From positions 81,097-145,096 of IMG/VR virus record IMGVR_UViG_3300021138_000002: DNA of 64,000 bases, one strand, 5' to 3'. The position numbers and the translations under genes were made by a program. A model generated the notes under the pieces. It ran no database searches, was not told where the DNA came from, and was given only the letters and a program-made list of their open reading frames with translations. Source of the DNA: a virus. This document shows positions 20,648 through 31,400 of this stretch, piece by piece. Positions within the stretch are counted from its first letter, which is position 1, and each line of letters starts with the position of its first letter.

Positions 20648-22021
20648 TTATCGTCCTGGTGGTCTTGGGTTTGGTGGTAAATTACCGCCTTGATCCCCAT
20701 TGTCGGCCAAGGGTTTGAGTATTTGGCTGAGACTTTGACGACTCGGTATGTTACCCATATCGGTGGTCGGTACAGTGTATGTATTGTTTACGAAGCTGTT
20801 GCGTTGAGTTTGTGCAGCCGGTGCCAGGTCAAGGTCGGTGCGAACAGCATCTTCGATTGCTATCCATCTGGCACCATCGTAACGGAACAGCCTGTTGGGC
20901 ACATAATCTAGGCGTAATGCGTAGGTTCCGGCAACCGGGTTGGGTGGAAAACTCACACCAGGCACAACTGGCAAGCCGTTTGGCGGTAACAGGTATCCGG
21001 TTTCAGGATCATATCCACCGGTCAAATAACCCAGTGTGTAACCAAATCCAGTTGGGGTGTCGCCCACGCCAGTCTGTGTGCCGCTGACCAAACTGCCATC
21101 ATCACTGGCCAACAGTCCATCTCCACTGGGCCCGCCCAGTTGATTGGTCGGCAATATATAAAATTTTGTAGTGTCGTATCCACTAAACGGCACATCTGCC
21201 TGCGCCTGTGTCAATAATGCATCATTGATCTGTAAGTCTTTGGGACGAGTGCTCATACGATCGCCTACTGTGGCCGGATTGTCAACGGGAGTCCAGTAGG
21301 CGGTATCGGTTATGGGCGTGCCCGGTGGTACCGGTCCATTGGCTTGATAATAGGTGTTGCCATCTAACACAGTGGTTCCTCCTGGATAAAAATTTCCTGG
21401 ATCCCAGATGTTGTCGGGCATGAAAGGTTTGTTCACGATCTGTTGAAACTCTTGGGCATTGACCATTGGTGTGGCCTTCACACGCCACAGGTGCGGCAAC
21501 CAGGTTTGGCTGAATCCTTCTGATGCATAGTCGGCATCTTGTATCACATAATACTTGGGCAACGGTAATGGTATAGTGGGATCCAGCGGATAGTAATCTT
21601 TGAGATTGGGCAATTCCAACACATCACCTGACATCAGTTTACGACCAAAAGTGTCAATCATTTTATTGTAGGCAAATGTAATAAACAAAGTATCATTGGC
21701 TAGGAATAGGCCAAATTGTGTAAGGTCAAAATCAAGGTCTTGCTGGCGATAAACACCACGCATAATGTACACATCGGGATCATATGCTCTATCTCTATTT
21801 TCTAACAACAGTAAGTCTTCGATATACAACGGATTACTACTATCGTAGACTGGCAATGTGGCATCATTGTTGCCAGGATTCGGTGAATTATCCACAATTG
21901 GACCAAGATATTTATGTATCAGTACATCAACACCTCCTACGGTGTACATCTCAGTTATTGTACGATCAAAAAATTGATAATCTTTTGTCCGATTTGGACG
22001 ATACATGGAAAGTCTTGGCAT
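20648..22021 (-). CDS. gp14: Neck protein (T4 gp14-like) with CBM-like insertion
   Basis: DLTQFGLFL.NDTLFITF..GDVLELP..W.PHLW; located next to gp15. Confidence 0.65.
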   Translation of the reverse strand: MPRLSMYRPNRTKDYQFFDRTITEMYTVGGVDVLIHKYLGPIVDNSPNPGNNDATLPVYDSSNPLYIEDLLLLENRDRAYDPDVYIMRGVYRQQDLDFDLTQFGLFLANDTLFITFAYNKMIDTFGRKLMSGDVLELPNLKDYYPLDPTIPLPLPKYYVIQDADYASEGFSQTWLPHLWRVKATPMVNAQEFQQIVNKPFMPDNIWDPGNFYPGGTTVLDGNTYYQANGPVPPGTPITDTAYWTPVDNPATVGDRMSTRPKDLQINDALLTQAQADVPFSGYDTTKFYILPTNQLGGPSGDGLLASDDGSLVSGTQTGVGDTPTGFGYTLGYLTGGYDPETGYLLPPNGLPVVPGVSFPPNPVAGTYALRLDYVPNRLFRYDGARWIAIEDAVRTDLDLAPAAQTQRNSFVNNTYTVPTTDMGNIPSRQSLSQILKPLADNGDQGGNLPPNPRPPGR

Positions 22022-22027
22022 AATATA

Positions 22028-22603
22028 CTATTTAGCGGATTTTATTGTCTTGCAGTTATCCCCGTGCCATCGTTTATAATTAGTACCACCCTTACCGGTA
22101 TGATTACAATTTGGGCACACCCATTTTACAAGAGATGTATGTGTGCCACGATTTATTGAATCTTGTGCTAATGTGTTGCCCAATAAATGATGTGTTCCTG
22201 CTTCTCTGCGACGTTTGTTGCTTTCTCTTTGTATAGCACCACCTAACATATGATGCGTGCCTTCTTGCAAACGTTTAAGCTGAACATTTCTTTGAAATCC
22301 TTCTCTTAAAAATGGATGATCGCCCCTGGCTAATCTAGCTTGAGAGTGCTTACTTGCTAATTCTGATTTTTCTTGAGGAGATATACCCATACGTTTTGAC
22401 ATTATTAAACACGCACCATAATCACCTTGAGAATAGTGTATGGCGTAATGTTCTTCTATGGTTACTAGTTTAAGATTGCTAATATCGTTATTTTCGTGAT
22501 TGCCATCTATATGATGAACTTCGTAACTACGGTTGTTAGCATCTTTGGGAATCTCACCAAAATATTTTTTGTATATAGCTCGTGGGTATATTCTTTTACG
22601 CAT
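22028..22603 (-). CDS. Free-standing HNH homing endonuclease (start probably 22603, MRKRIYP)
   Basis: YEVHHIDGNHENNDISNL..EH..IH; C-terminal CPNC..H..NC; AT-rich; TATAAATA 5 nt upstream of the ATG. Confidence 0.85.
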   Translation of the reverse strand: MRKRIYPRAIYKKYFGEIPKDANNRSYEVHHIDGNHENNDISNLKLVTIEEHYAIHYSQGDYGACLIMSKRMGISPQEKSELASKHSQARLARGDHPFLREGFQRNVQLKRLQEGTHHMLGGAIQRESNKRRREAGTHHLLGNTLAQDSINRGTHTSLVKWVCPNCNHTGKGGTNYKRWHGDNCKTIKSAK

Positions 22604-22641
22604 AAGAGTATTTATAATAATATGATTGATATAGTAAAAGT

Positions 22642-22670
22642 TTGACCAAAAATCCAAAACAGGATAAAAT
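22642..22670 (+). promoter_or_regulatory. Sigma70-type early promoter TTGACC-17-TAAAAT
   Basis: 17-bp spacer; ATG lies 5 nt downstream. Confidence 0.75.
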
Positions 22671-22675
22671 ACTAT

Positions 22676-22930
22676 ATGGACAAATTACTAGAACGAGTAG
22701 AACAGGCTGAACGTCAAATCGCCGCTGTACGCAATCGGACAGCACGCAGAGATCTGATCAAAATGCTCAAACCCATAGATTCTGCTTTGAACCGAATGAG
22801 CCAAGAAAGTGTAGAATGCCGTAGACTACATCGAGCCACAGCACGTTATCAGCAGTTGGAGCAAGAAGCCCAGGATTTGATAAATCATCTGGAAAAATAC
22901 CTGGTGTTTGCCTGTTTGTTGGGCGGTTGA
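22676..22930 (+). CDS. Hypothetical helical protein (84 aa)
   Basis: ORF directly behind a promoter; coiled-coil-like composition. Confidence 0.6.
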   Translation: MDKLLERVEQAERQIAAVRNRTARRDLIKMLKPIDSALNRMSQESVECRRLHRATARYQQLEQEAQDLINHLEKYLVFACLLGG

Positions 22931-22955
22931 CCAAAAACGGCAATGGCGCTATAAT
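22927..22955 (+). promoter_or_regulatory. Sigma70-type early promoter TTGACC-17-TATAAT
   Basis: Near-consensus -35 and -10 with a 17-bp spacer. Confidence 0.85.
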
Positions 22956-22982
22956 AAACAACAAAATACTCAAGGACAAAGC

Positions 22983-24134
22983 ATGGTCAAAACTAAAAAA
23001 ACCGCCTCAGAAATCAAATCGTTAAATCCCAAAAGTGCCGATGTAAAATATACCGGAACTGAACCTGCCTGGCGATTGGTCTTGACTGACGGTGATCGCG
23101 TCAGTGCCATGCTCAAGGCCTTTGCTTGGTACAACTATCACTATGGTAAAAAAGAAGCCAAGGACATGATAGCACACTGGCTCGAGCATCACGATCGTGC
23201 TCGAGATGCCAAACTGTTGAGAGGTATTCCTGACAGCCAGATCCGCAGTACCACGGCCTGGGTATGTAGGATGAACATGGTTGGGTTAGAATTGAGTGAA
23301 CACGAGCTGAGTGTTGTTGACTCACAAATTGCCGACATGTTGAAAATCAAACAGGAAGTGGTCAAGACTGTGAGTGCGGAAGAAACTGCACAGGCTCGCA
23401 TGACCATACAAGATCATTTACGAGAGCGTATAAGTGAATGTGCCGGCGAACTAGAAGGCATGCTTGATGAGTTTTTGAATCAAGGTGCCAAGATGTCAGC
23501 TGACTTCAAGCCCATAGCACAGATACGCGGCATGAATGTGGCTCCGCAAATGATAGGTACCATTGCTGATTCTTGGAAACAACGTCTGGCCGAATTTGAA
23601 GAAACCCTAGAAGGTCGTGACGGAGATCTAGTTGAAGCATACGGACATTTGACCAAATTGCAGTTGCGTAACTGCATAAAATTCTGCGAAACTGTGATCA
23701 ACGACTGTGCCAGTTATGTACAGATCAAAAAGGTCGAACGCAAACCCCGGGCTAAAAAAGCTGTGAGCCCAGAAAAATTATCCAGTCGATTCAAGTATCT
23801 CAAACAGTTTGATGAATTGGCGTTGACATCAATCAGTCCGGCCACGTTGGTCAATGCCAGTGAAGCTTGGCTGTACGATACCAAAAAACGCAAACTGATC
23901 CACGTGGTAGCCGACACTCATGTGGGCACGTTCACTGTGAAAGGAAGCAGCATCGTGGCCTTTGATGCGGCCAACAGCTCACAGAAAACCCTGCGTCGAC
24001 CGGCCGAGCAGATCAAGTCCATAACTTCGGTTGGCAAACCAGCGGCTCGCAAAGTGTACAAAGATATCAAGAGCACCGAAATCAAATTCAACGGACGTGG
24101 CAACGAAAACTTGATCATACTACGAGCCTGGTAA
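22983..24134 (+). CDS. Conserved T4-like phage protein of unknown function (start probably 22983)
   Basis: SD AAGGA before ATG 22983. C-terminus KYLK..WLYDTKKRKL..VKGSSI..QKTLRRP resembles a conserved T4-superfamily hypothetical. Confidence 0.6.
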   Translation: MVKTKKTASEIKSLNPKSADVKYTGTEPAWRLVLTDGDRVSAMLKAFAWYNYHYGKKEAKDMIAHWLEHHDRARDAKLLRGIPDSQIRSTTAWVCRMNMVGLELSEHELSVVDSQIADMLKIKQEVVKTVSAEETAQARMTIQDHLRERISECAGELEGMLDEFLNQGAKMSADFKPIAQIRGMNVAPQMIGTIADSWKQRLAEFEETLEGRDGDLVEAYGHLTKLQLRNCIKFCETVINDCASYVQIKKVERKPRAKKAVSPEKLSSRFKYLKQFDELALTSISPATLVNASEAWLYDTKKRKLIHVVADTHVGTFTVKGSSIVAFDAANSSQKTLRRPAEQIKSITSVGKPAARKVYKDIKSTEIKFNGRGNENLIILRAW

Positions 24135-24141
24135 ATATCCA

Positions 24142-25056
24142 GTGACCGACAATCGAATTATAATCCCCAAAGTTGAATTTTATATAACCAATGTTTGTAA
24201 TCTGACCTGTCATAATTGTAATCGTTACAACAATTATGATTTCCGTGGATGGCAACGCTGGAGTGACTATGAAGAAATTTATACCGAATGGGCCAAAAAG
24301 ATAAACATCAAACACATTGTGATCCTGGGCGGAGAACCATTGTTAAATCCCACAATTTGTGAGTGGATTGATGGGATTACCCAATTGTGGGGCCACTCGT
24401 GTCAAATAATAACCAATGGTACATATCTTAACAAAACACCTGGGTTGTACGATCTAGTTAAAAGACACAAGGCCTGGATACAGGTCAGCATACACAATGT
24501 CAACGATCTAGATCGACATTTTCAAAATATTCGAGAGTTTCTTCAAGAGCCAATTGATTTTTTTCAAGACAAAACACAACTAGATGCGCACGGACACTCG
24601 GTTACCAACGGATCTGATTATTTGTTTAAAGATCGTAACGGTGCCCAGGTGGCTGCATCTGTACAAGATTCTTTCTATAACATATCCATCTACCCCAACG
24701 AACGCAATCAGCTGACCTTGCACAACAACGATCCTGAACTGGCACATCAAGATTGTGGATTTGTAAAATATAAAAACTATCATTTCATTCGCGGCAAGTT
24801 GTACAAATGCGGACCAGTGGCATTGTTGCCCGAATTTGATCTGCAATATCCATTGGCCATTTCAGACGCAGATCGACAGCTCTTAAACAGTTATCAACCC
24901 TTGGGCATTGATGAGTTTGAACAACATGGACGAGATTTTTTAAATAACATAGATCGTGTGATACCGCAGTGTAAATTCTGTCCTACCAAATTTGCCAACC
25001 AGCAAATTTTTGCCTTGAACAAAGCCGCAGGGGCCCACAGCTCCTTCAAGAATTAA
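24142..25056 (+). CDS. Radical SAM protein, type A (N-terminal CxxxCxxC, C-terminal Cys cluster)
   Basis: CNLTCHNC, LGGEPLL, TNG; C..LYKC..CKFCP. Confidence 0.9.
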   Translation: MTDNRIIIPKVEFYITNVCNLTCHNCNRYNNYDFRGWQRWSDYEEIYTEWAKKINIKHIVILGGEPLLNPTICEWIDGITQLWGHSCQIITNGTYLNKTPGLYDLVKRHKAWIQVSIHNVNDLDRHFQNIREFLQEPIDFFQDKTQLDAHGHSVTNGSDYLFKDRNGAQVAASVQDSFYNISIYPNERNQLTLHNNDPELAHQDCGFVKYKNYHFIRGKLYKCGPVALLPEFDLQYPLAISDADRQLLNSYQPLGIDEFEQHGRDFLNNIDRVIPQCKFCPTKFANQQIFALNKAAGAHSSFKN

Positions 25057-25076
25057 ACGCCCGGTAAATATAGCAC

Positions 25077-26045
25077 ATGATTGATCCTTTAGTCCAGTGG
25101 CCCGACGAATCACCCGATGACCCACGATTATACGTTCCAAACATCGAAGTTTACATAACAAATGTTTGTAATATAGCCTGTAAAAATTGCAATCGATTTA
25201 ACAATTACAATTTTAAAGGTCAACAACTATGGAACGACTACCGAGACATTTACACAGCATGGTCTAAAAAAATCCGACTACAGAAAATCACCATCTTGGG
25301 CGGCGAACCGTTGATGAATCCCACAGTGGTAGATTGGATAAGAGGATTCAATCAGCTGTGGGACAAACGTGTGCAACTGCTGACCAACGGCACACGGTTA
25401 ACCGTGGTACCAGGATTGTACGAAGTCATGCAGGAATATCGTCGAGATGGTGGTAACTGGATAGGTGTGAGCGTACACAACCCACTGGAACTGGATCGTT
25501 ACTTTGAAGAGATACATAAATTTTTAAAAGGTCCTGTCAAAATGTGGAAAGGCAAAGACAGCCTGAATGAGTTTGGCGGCAGTGCCACCTGGGGAGCCGA
25601 TTATGCGTTTGAAGATCGTAACGGAGTACGTGTACATGTGTGGCTGTACGACAGTTTTTACAATGTGGGAATACATCAAAATTTGTCAGGAAACCTGACC
25701 TTGTGCAACAGCGATCCCGAACGGGCACATGACGTTTGTGGCATGGTCAAGTTCAAAAACTATCATTTTGTTCGCGGCAAATTGTACAAATGTGGACCGG
25801 TGGCATTATTTCCTGAATTTGATCAACAACATGCCCTGGCTATTTCAGATGAGGATCGCCAGTTGCTGAACAGTTATCAACCGTTGTCGGTTGATGAATT
25901 TGACCAAAGAGGACGAGATTTTTGGAACAATATCGATCGTGTAATACCGCAATGTAAGTTTTGCCCAACAAAATTCATAAATGAACCATTGTTTGCGACC
26001 AATAAAATAAAAGGTTCTACGACTGTATTTAAAATTACACAATAA
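25077..26045 (+). CDS. Radical SAM protein, type A, tandem paralogue of 24142
   Basis: CNIACKNC, LGGEPLM; the C-terminal third is nearly identical to 24142. Confidence 0.9.
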   Translation: MIDPLVQWPDESPDDPRLYVPNIEVYITNVCNIACKNCNRFNNYNFKGQQLWNDYRDIYTAWSKKIRLQKITILGGEPLMNPTVVDWIRGFNQLWDKRVQLLTNGTRLTVVPGLYEVMQEYRRDGGNWIGVSVHNPLELDRYFEEIHKFLKGPVKMWKGKDSLNEFGGSATWGADYAFEDRNGVRVHVWLYDSFYNVGIHQNLSGNLTLCNSDPERAHDVCGMVKFKNYHFVRGKLYKCGPVALFPEFDQQHALAISDEDRQLLNSYQPLSVDEFDQRGRDFWNNIDRVIPQCKFCPTKFINEPLFATNKIKGSTTVFKITQ

Positions 26046-26066
26046 ATATACAACAGGAGCAATCAA

Positions 26067-26837
26067 ATGGCTATCCAATCAGAATCAAGTTTAGAAACAC
26101 TGAAACAAGACCTATTCAAATATGTGCAGTATCAGCTGGGCAGTCAGATCATTGATCTTGAACTGGATGCCGAGCACTATGAAGCAGCCTATAGAAACAC
26201 AGTGGGAACCTATCGTCAGCGGGCACAAAACGCCTACGAAGAAAGTTACACTTTTATGGAACTGGTTACCAATGTCAACATCTATGAATTACCTCAAGAA
26301 GTGTACAGTGTGCGTCAGATCTTCCGCAGAACGTTCGGCGACAGCACTGGCCCATTTGCCAGCAATTTTGACCCGTTTAGCCAAGCATCTCTGAACGTTT
26401 ACTTGATGAATTTCAACGTGGCTGGTGGACTTGCTACCTACGATTTTTACAGCCAATATGTGGAATTGGCTGGACGCATGTTTGGTGCCTACATGAACTA
26501 CACATTCAATCCGGTTACCAAAAAACTACAGTTGATCCGTGACCCCAAAGGCACCGGCGAAGCTGTTCTACTTTGGACCTACAACTACAAGCCCGAATTC
26601 AACATGCTGAGCGATCCTTTGATCAGTCAGTGGATGCGCAACTACATGGTAGGGAACTGCAAGCTCATAATCGGCGAAGCAAGAGAAAAATTCTCAACAA
26701 TCGCCGGTCCACAGGGAGGTGGTACATTAAACGGCACAGCCATGAAAGCTGAAGGCCTGGCAATCATGCAACAGGGCATTGAAGACCTCAAGAACTATGT
26801 GGATGGCAGCCAGCCGTTGGCATGGGTCATCGGCTAA
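26067..26837 (+). CDS. gp13: Neck protein (T4 gp13-like)
   Basis: QLG..IDLELD, FNPVTKKL, GEAREKF..GP.GG.TLNG..MK.EG. Confidence 0.85.
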   Translation: MAIQSESSLETLKQDLFKYVQYQLGSQIIDLELDAEHYEAAYRNTVGTYRQRAQNAYEESYTFMELVTNVNIYELPQEVYSVRQIFRRTFGDSTGPFASNFDPFSQASLNVYLMNFNVAGGLATYDFYSQYVELAGRMFGAYMNYTFNPVTKKLQLIRDPKGTGEAVLLWTYNYKPEFNMLSDPLISQWMRNYMVGNCKLIIGEAREKFSTIAGPQGGGTLNGTAMKAEGLAIMQQGIEDLKNYVDGSQPLAWVIG

Positions 26838-26881
26838 CCTTTTTCCAACACTTTTTTCAAGTTTTCTGTTATACTAGCTGT

Positions 26882-27406
26882 ATGGCAGACTTAATGATCG
26901 ATCTAGAAGGTTTGGGCACTGGTCCTGACACCACAATACTCACTATCGCAGCTCAGAGTTTTGATCCATTGGGGTCAGGCTATCACGAGTCAAAATACTA
27001 TGCCAGAATAACTCTGGAAAGCCAGGAAAACCGTAGCATACAGCAAAGCACCATTGACTGGTGGGCCACCCAGCCTGCAACCGCCAGAGACGAAGCGTTC
27101 AATGAAGAAGGTCGTATACCGTTAGATCAAGCCTTGGATGAACTGGGTCGACTGATCTGGCACAGCAAACGAGTATGGGCCCAAGGTCCCACCTATGACA
27201 TGAATATACTAGAGCACGCCTACAAAAGTTACGGCAAACCCATACCATGGCAGTTTTATGCGGTACGTGATAGCAGAACAGTATTCAGCTTGTGGCCCGG
27301 TCTGCCAAAACCGCCCGTCAGTCACCATGCATTGGAAGATTGTCGCAGGCAGATCGCGTTACTACAAACCACTTTGAAACATTTTAACATAAGGGAATTG
27401 GCATGA
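26882..27406 (+). CDS. DEDDh 3'-5' exonuclease (Rv2179c/DexA-like; start probably 26882)
   Basis: MIDLEGL, TIDWW..Q, WAQG..YD, RDSRT, HHALEDC. Confidence 0.85.
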   Translation: MADLMIDLEGLGTGPDTTILTIAAQSFDPLGSGYHESKYYARITLESQENRSIQQSTIDWWATQPATARDEAFNEEGRIPLDQALDELGRLIWHSKRVWAQGPTYDMNILEHAYKSYGKPIPWQFYAVRDSRTVFSLWPGLPKPPVSHHALEDCRRQIALLQTTLKHFNIRELA

Positions 27407-28056
27407 TTATTGGCCTTGTTGGTTTAATAGGTTCTGGCAAAGACACCATTGCAGATTATCTGGTAAACATACACGAGTTTAAACGTGAAAGTTTTGCCAA
27501 CACTCTCAAAGATGCTGTTGCCCATATATTTGGCTGGGATCGTGAACTGTTAGAAGGTCGTACCAAACAAAGTCGCGCCTGGAGAGAACAACGCGATCAA
27601 TGGTGGAGCGACCGTCTAAAAATGGACATAACACCCAGGTGGGTCTTACAGTATTGGGGCACAGAAGTGGCCCGCCGCAACTTCCATGACGATATCTGGA
27701 TTGCCAGTCTAGAAAACAAACTGCGTAAAATAACCGATGATGTGGTAATCAGTGACTGTAGATTTCCTAACGAAATCGCCGCTATCAAATCAGCCGGTGG
27801 ACGAGTGATACGTGTTGTCCGCGGACCCGAACCCGAATGGTACGAATTTGCCCGAATGGTCAATCAAGGACCTGATCATAATTTACAGTGGAGTTGGGCC
27901 AAAACCCAATTGTCAAAATTCACGATCCATGCCAGCGAAACTGCCTGGATTGGCACTGCTTTCGACGCCGTGGTTGAAAACAATTCCAGCCTTGATGCGT
28001 TATATCAACAGATCACAAGTCTGGTTCAAGATCTCCCGCCCGCCACGGCAAGTTAG
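27403..28056 (+). CDS. Deoxynucleoside monophosphate kinase (T4 gp1-like)
   Basis: IIGLVGLIGSGKDT, SFA..LKD, TPRWVLQYWGTE, SDCRFPNE, HASE. Confidence 0.9.
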   Translation: MIIGLVGLIGSGKDTIADYLVNIHEFKRESFANTLKDAVAHIFGWDRELLEGRTKQSRAWREQRDQWWSDRLKMDITPRWVLQYWGTEVARRNFHDDIWIASLENKLRKITDDVVISDCRFPNEIAAIKSAGGRVIRVVRGPEPEWYEFARMVNQGPDHNLQWSWAKTQLSKFTIHASETAWIGTAFDAVVENNSSLDALYQQITSLVQDLPPATAS

Positions 28057-28360
28057 ATCTGGCAACTTCGATCACGCAGTTTTGACATATGGTTCGTAGA
28101 TTACGAACTGCAACATTGTTCATGTCGCCGTCCATGTGATAGACCAACAACTGTGCCGAATACTTGGATCTAAACCCACAGCGTTCGCAGGTGGGTTTTT
28201 TCTTGTAGCCTTGTGTTTGCCATCTAGGGGCAGGAGCTTTTGCTCGTTGATTCTTTTTGATACAGTATTCGCAACGTGTGCGATAGTGTACCACCTGATC
28301 TCGATGATAGTTTACAGCACAAAATCTCTGCTTGCATACGTTACATATAGGTCTGGACAT
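28013..28360 (-). CDS. Zinc-binding HNH-like protein (start probably 28360, MSRPIC)
   Basis: CNVC, CEYC, CERC, YHMDG..NN..NL..CQNC; TAAATA 4 nt upstream of the ATG. Confidence 0.65.
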   Translation of the reverse strand: MSRPICNVCKQRFCAVNYHRDQVVHYRTRCEYCIKKNQRAKAPAPRWQTQGYKKKPTCERCGFRSKYSAQLLVYHMDGDMNNVAVRNLRTICQNCVIEVARSNLPWRAGDLEPDL

Positions 28361-28455
28361 GGTGTATTTACAACAAACCTTTGCAAAGGGAATACAACCA
28401 CCTGTCTTTTTGTCTCCGGCCATAAATATCATTACTAGAAAAAAGGATTTTTGAT

Positions 28456-31400
28456 ATGGCCTTACTATCCCCAGGTGTACAAGTTAGCATAATTGATCAG
28501 AGCAATTATGTACCAGCCGCTACCAATTCGGTTCCCTATATTTTATTGGCAACAGCTCAGAACAAAGTTTCTGGTGCCGGTGTTGGTGTAGCCTCAGGCA
28601 CACTGGCTGCCAATGCAAACAAAACTTATTTGATGACAAGTCAACGAGACTTGCTCAATACTTTTGGTGTTCCGTTCTTTTACAACACCACAGCAGGAAC
28701 TCCGATCAACGGCTACGAGCTCAACGAATACGGACTGTTGGCAGCTTACAGTGCATTGGGCGTTACCAATCAATGCTATGTACAACGTGTTGATATCGAT
28801 CTGGCGGCTCTTACAGCCAGCCTGACTAGACCAACTGGCAAACCAAACAACAATACCTATTGGTTGGATACCACCAACACTGCTTGGGGTATCTTTGAAT
28901 GGAATTCAACAACTGGTGCGTTTACCAACAAGATTCCTAGTGTTATTACCAGCACTGCCAATTTAGAAACTGGTAACACAGTTCCAACTTTTAGTTACGG
29001 TAGTATCGGTGACTACACAGTGGTCGCTGCTGGAACTCAACCGGCCAATGTGGCTGGTGCTTTACAAAATCCTGAATACTACAAGCGTGGTGGTCCAACT
29101 GCCTCACAAACCAGTTCGGCAAATTTGAGTGGTCTATACAACAGCTGGGTATCGGTAGGTAGCGACGATTGGAAAACTGCATGGCCTACCATCAGTGGCA
29201 CACAGGCTCCTGCAAATTTAACAGCTACCAACACTGTGGTAATCAACAACACACATACAATCACTGTTCCATCAAGCCCTAATAATACTCCGGCCAATGT
29301 GTCTATTCAAATTAACTCGGCCAATATTACCGGTGTATATTCTGGCGTAATTGGTGGTGCATTGTTTGTTTATGCCGACAGTCAATCTGTTGGTTTTACT
29401 GGTAATGTCACAGCCGGTACAGCCAATGTTTCTGCTGGTACAGCAACCTTGACATTTACCAATCTTGGTAACGCAGTTCCTACTCCGTATCCGGTTGGTA
29501 GCACCATTACTGTTACAGGTACTGCAAGCAACAATTACGATGGTACCTATGATGTAGTTGCCAGCAGCAATACTTCGGTCACTTTTGATTTTGCCGGAGC
29601 CAATATTGCAACCAGTGGCGGTACAATCACCTGGCCCGACAGCGTCAGCATCAGCGGAACAGCATTGACCAGCCTGGGAATCACAGCCGGATCATACTCA
29701 ACTCCACAATACTTGGCCAGCAACAGTTATCAAAATCCACGCTGGTCCAGCACCAGCGCCACAGCGGCACCAACCGGTTCTGTATGGCAAAAAACCAACA
29801 ATGTGAATCTAGGTACTAACTTTGTTGTTAAAAAATACAACTCAACTCTGGGCGTATTTGTACAACAAAACTGTCCGGTCTACAGCGACGATGCTGCAGC
29901 CTTGTATGCACTCGACCCAGCTGGTGGTGGCACAAATATTGCAGCGGGTTCAACCTATGCTCAAATTGATGCCTACGGCAATGGAACTGGCACCTTTATG
30001 ATCTGGGAAAGATACGCAACTGGACCGACCAACATCACTGGCTATGGAATAGCCAGTGATACATTCACCAGTGGCAATCAATTTACCATATCAGCAACAC
30101 AGGCCGGTAGTACCGGAATCAACACTGCAACTGCCACACTTGAAGGCACTACACCTTCTGACTTCTGTGCCGCAGTATCAGCAGCCGGAGTTCCTTATGT
30201 GAGTGCTACCATAAACAGTTCAGGTTACATAGTATTCTCACACAGCCAAGGTGGCGACATTTATCTTACTCCGATCAGCGGTAGTCCAATCAGTGAAGCC
30301 GGTTTTGATCTTGGACACGGTATTGTTGGGTTAACAGCTCAAAACGTCACAGGCGAAACACTAGTGCTCAGTAACTGGGTAAGCTATCCAACATTTACCT
30401 ACACTGTGAGCAGTGTTGCCCCAGACCAAAATCCATTAAATGGCACTTACTGGTACTACAGCGATACCACACAGGTAGATATCATGATCCAGAACAATGG
30501 ACAGTGGGTGGGTTATCAGACCGTCAACAGCGATTTCCGTGGTTACGATCTCAGCCAGACCAATGCCAGCGGGCCACAGATTTCGGTAACAGCACCGACT
30601 ACACAAAATGACACAGCACAAAGTCCATTGGTGTATGGCGACCTCTGGATTGACATCAGCAATCTTGATCTGTATCCAGTAATCAATCGTTGGGAAAGTG
30701 TCACCGGACAAGATCAATGGGTACAAATTGACAACACCAATCAGACCACTTCGAGTGGGGTGTTGTTTGCAGATGCACGTTGGGCACCAAATGGAACCAC
30801 AGATCCTGTGGCCGATCCATTGCCAACAATCACCAGTTTGTTGACCAGCAACTATCTTGATCCAGACGCTCCAAATCCAGCTCTATATCCAGATGGTATT
30901 TTGTTATGGAACACTAGAAGAAGCGGATTCAATGTCAAGACATTTGAATCAAACTATTTCAATACTACCACATATCCGGCCTATGCCTGGAACGCTTACA
31001 CAGCCTACAGCATTGGTAATCTTGTGATTGATGGTGGTATCGAATACATCTGTCTCAAGGCCAATACCGGTCAAGCCACAGGAACCAATGTTTATTGGAC
31101 TCCGATCACTGTGACCAATACCTGGTTGACAGCCAGCGGCAACAGACCAGATGGTAGTGCATACATGGGTCGTCAAGCACAGCGAGCTATTATTGTAAAA
31201 GCTCTCAAGAGTGGAATTGACAGCAATACAACCATCAGAGAAGAACAAAATCAGTTCAACTTATTGGCCTGCCCGCAATACCCAGAATTGGCACCTAACT
31301 TGGCAGTACTCAATACAGATCGTGGTCAGACTGGATTTGTAGTAGTTGATACTCCGCTAAGATTAACACCAGATGACATCGTGACCTGGGCTGGTAATAA

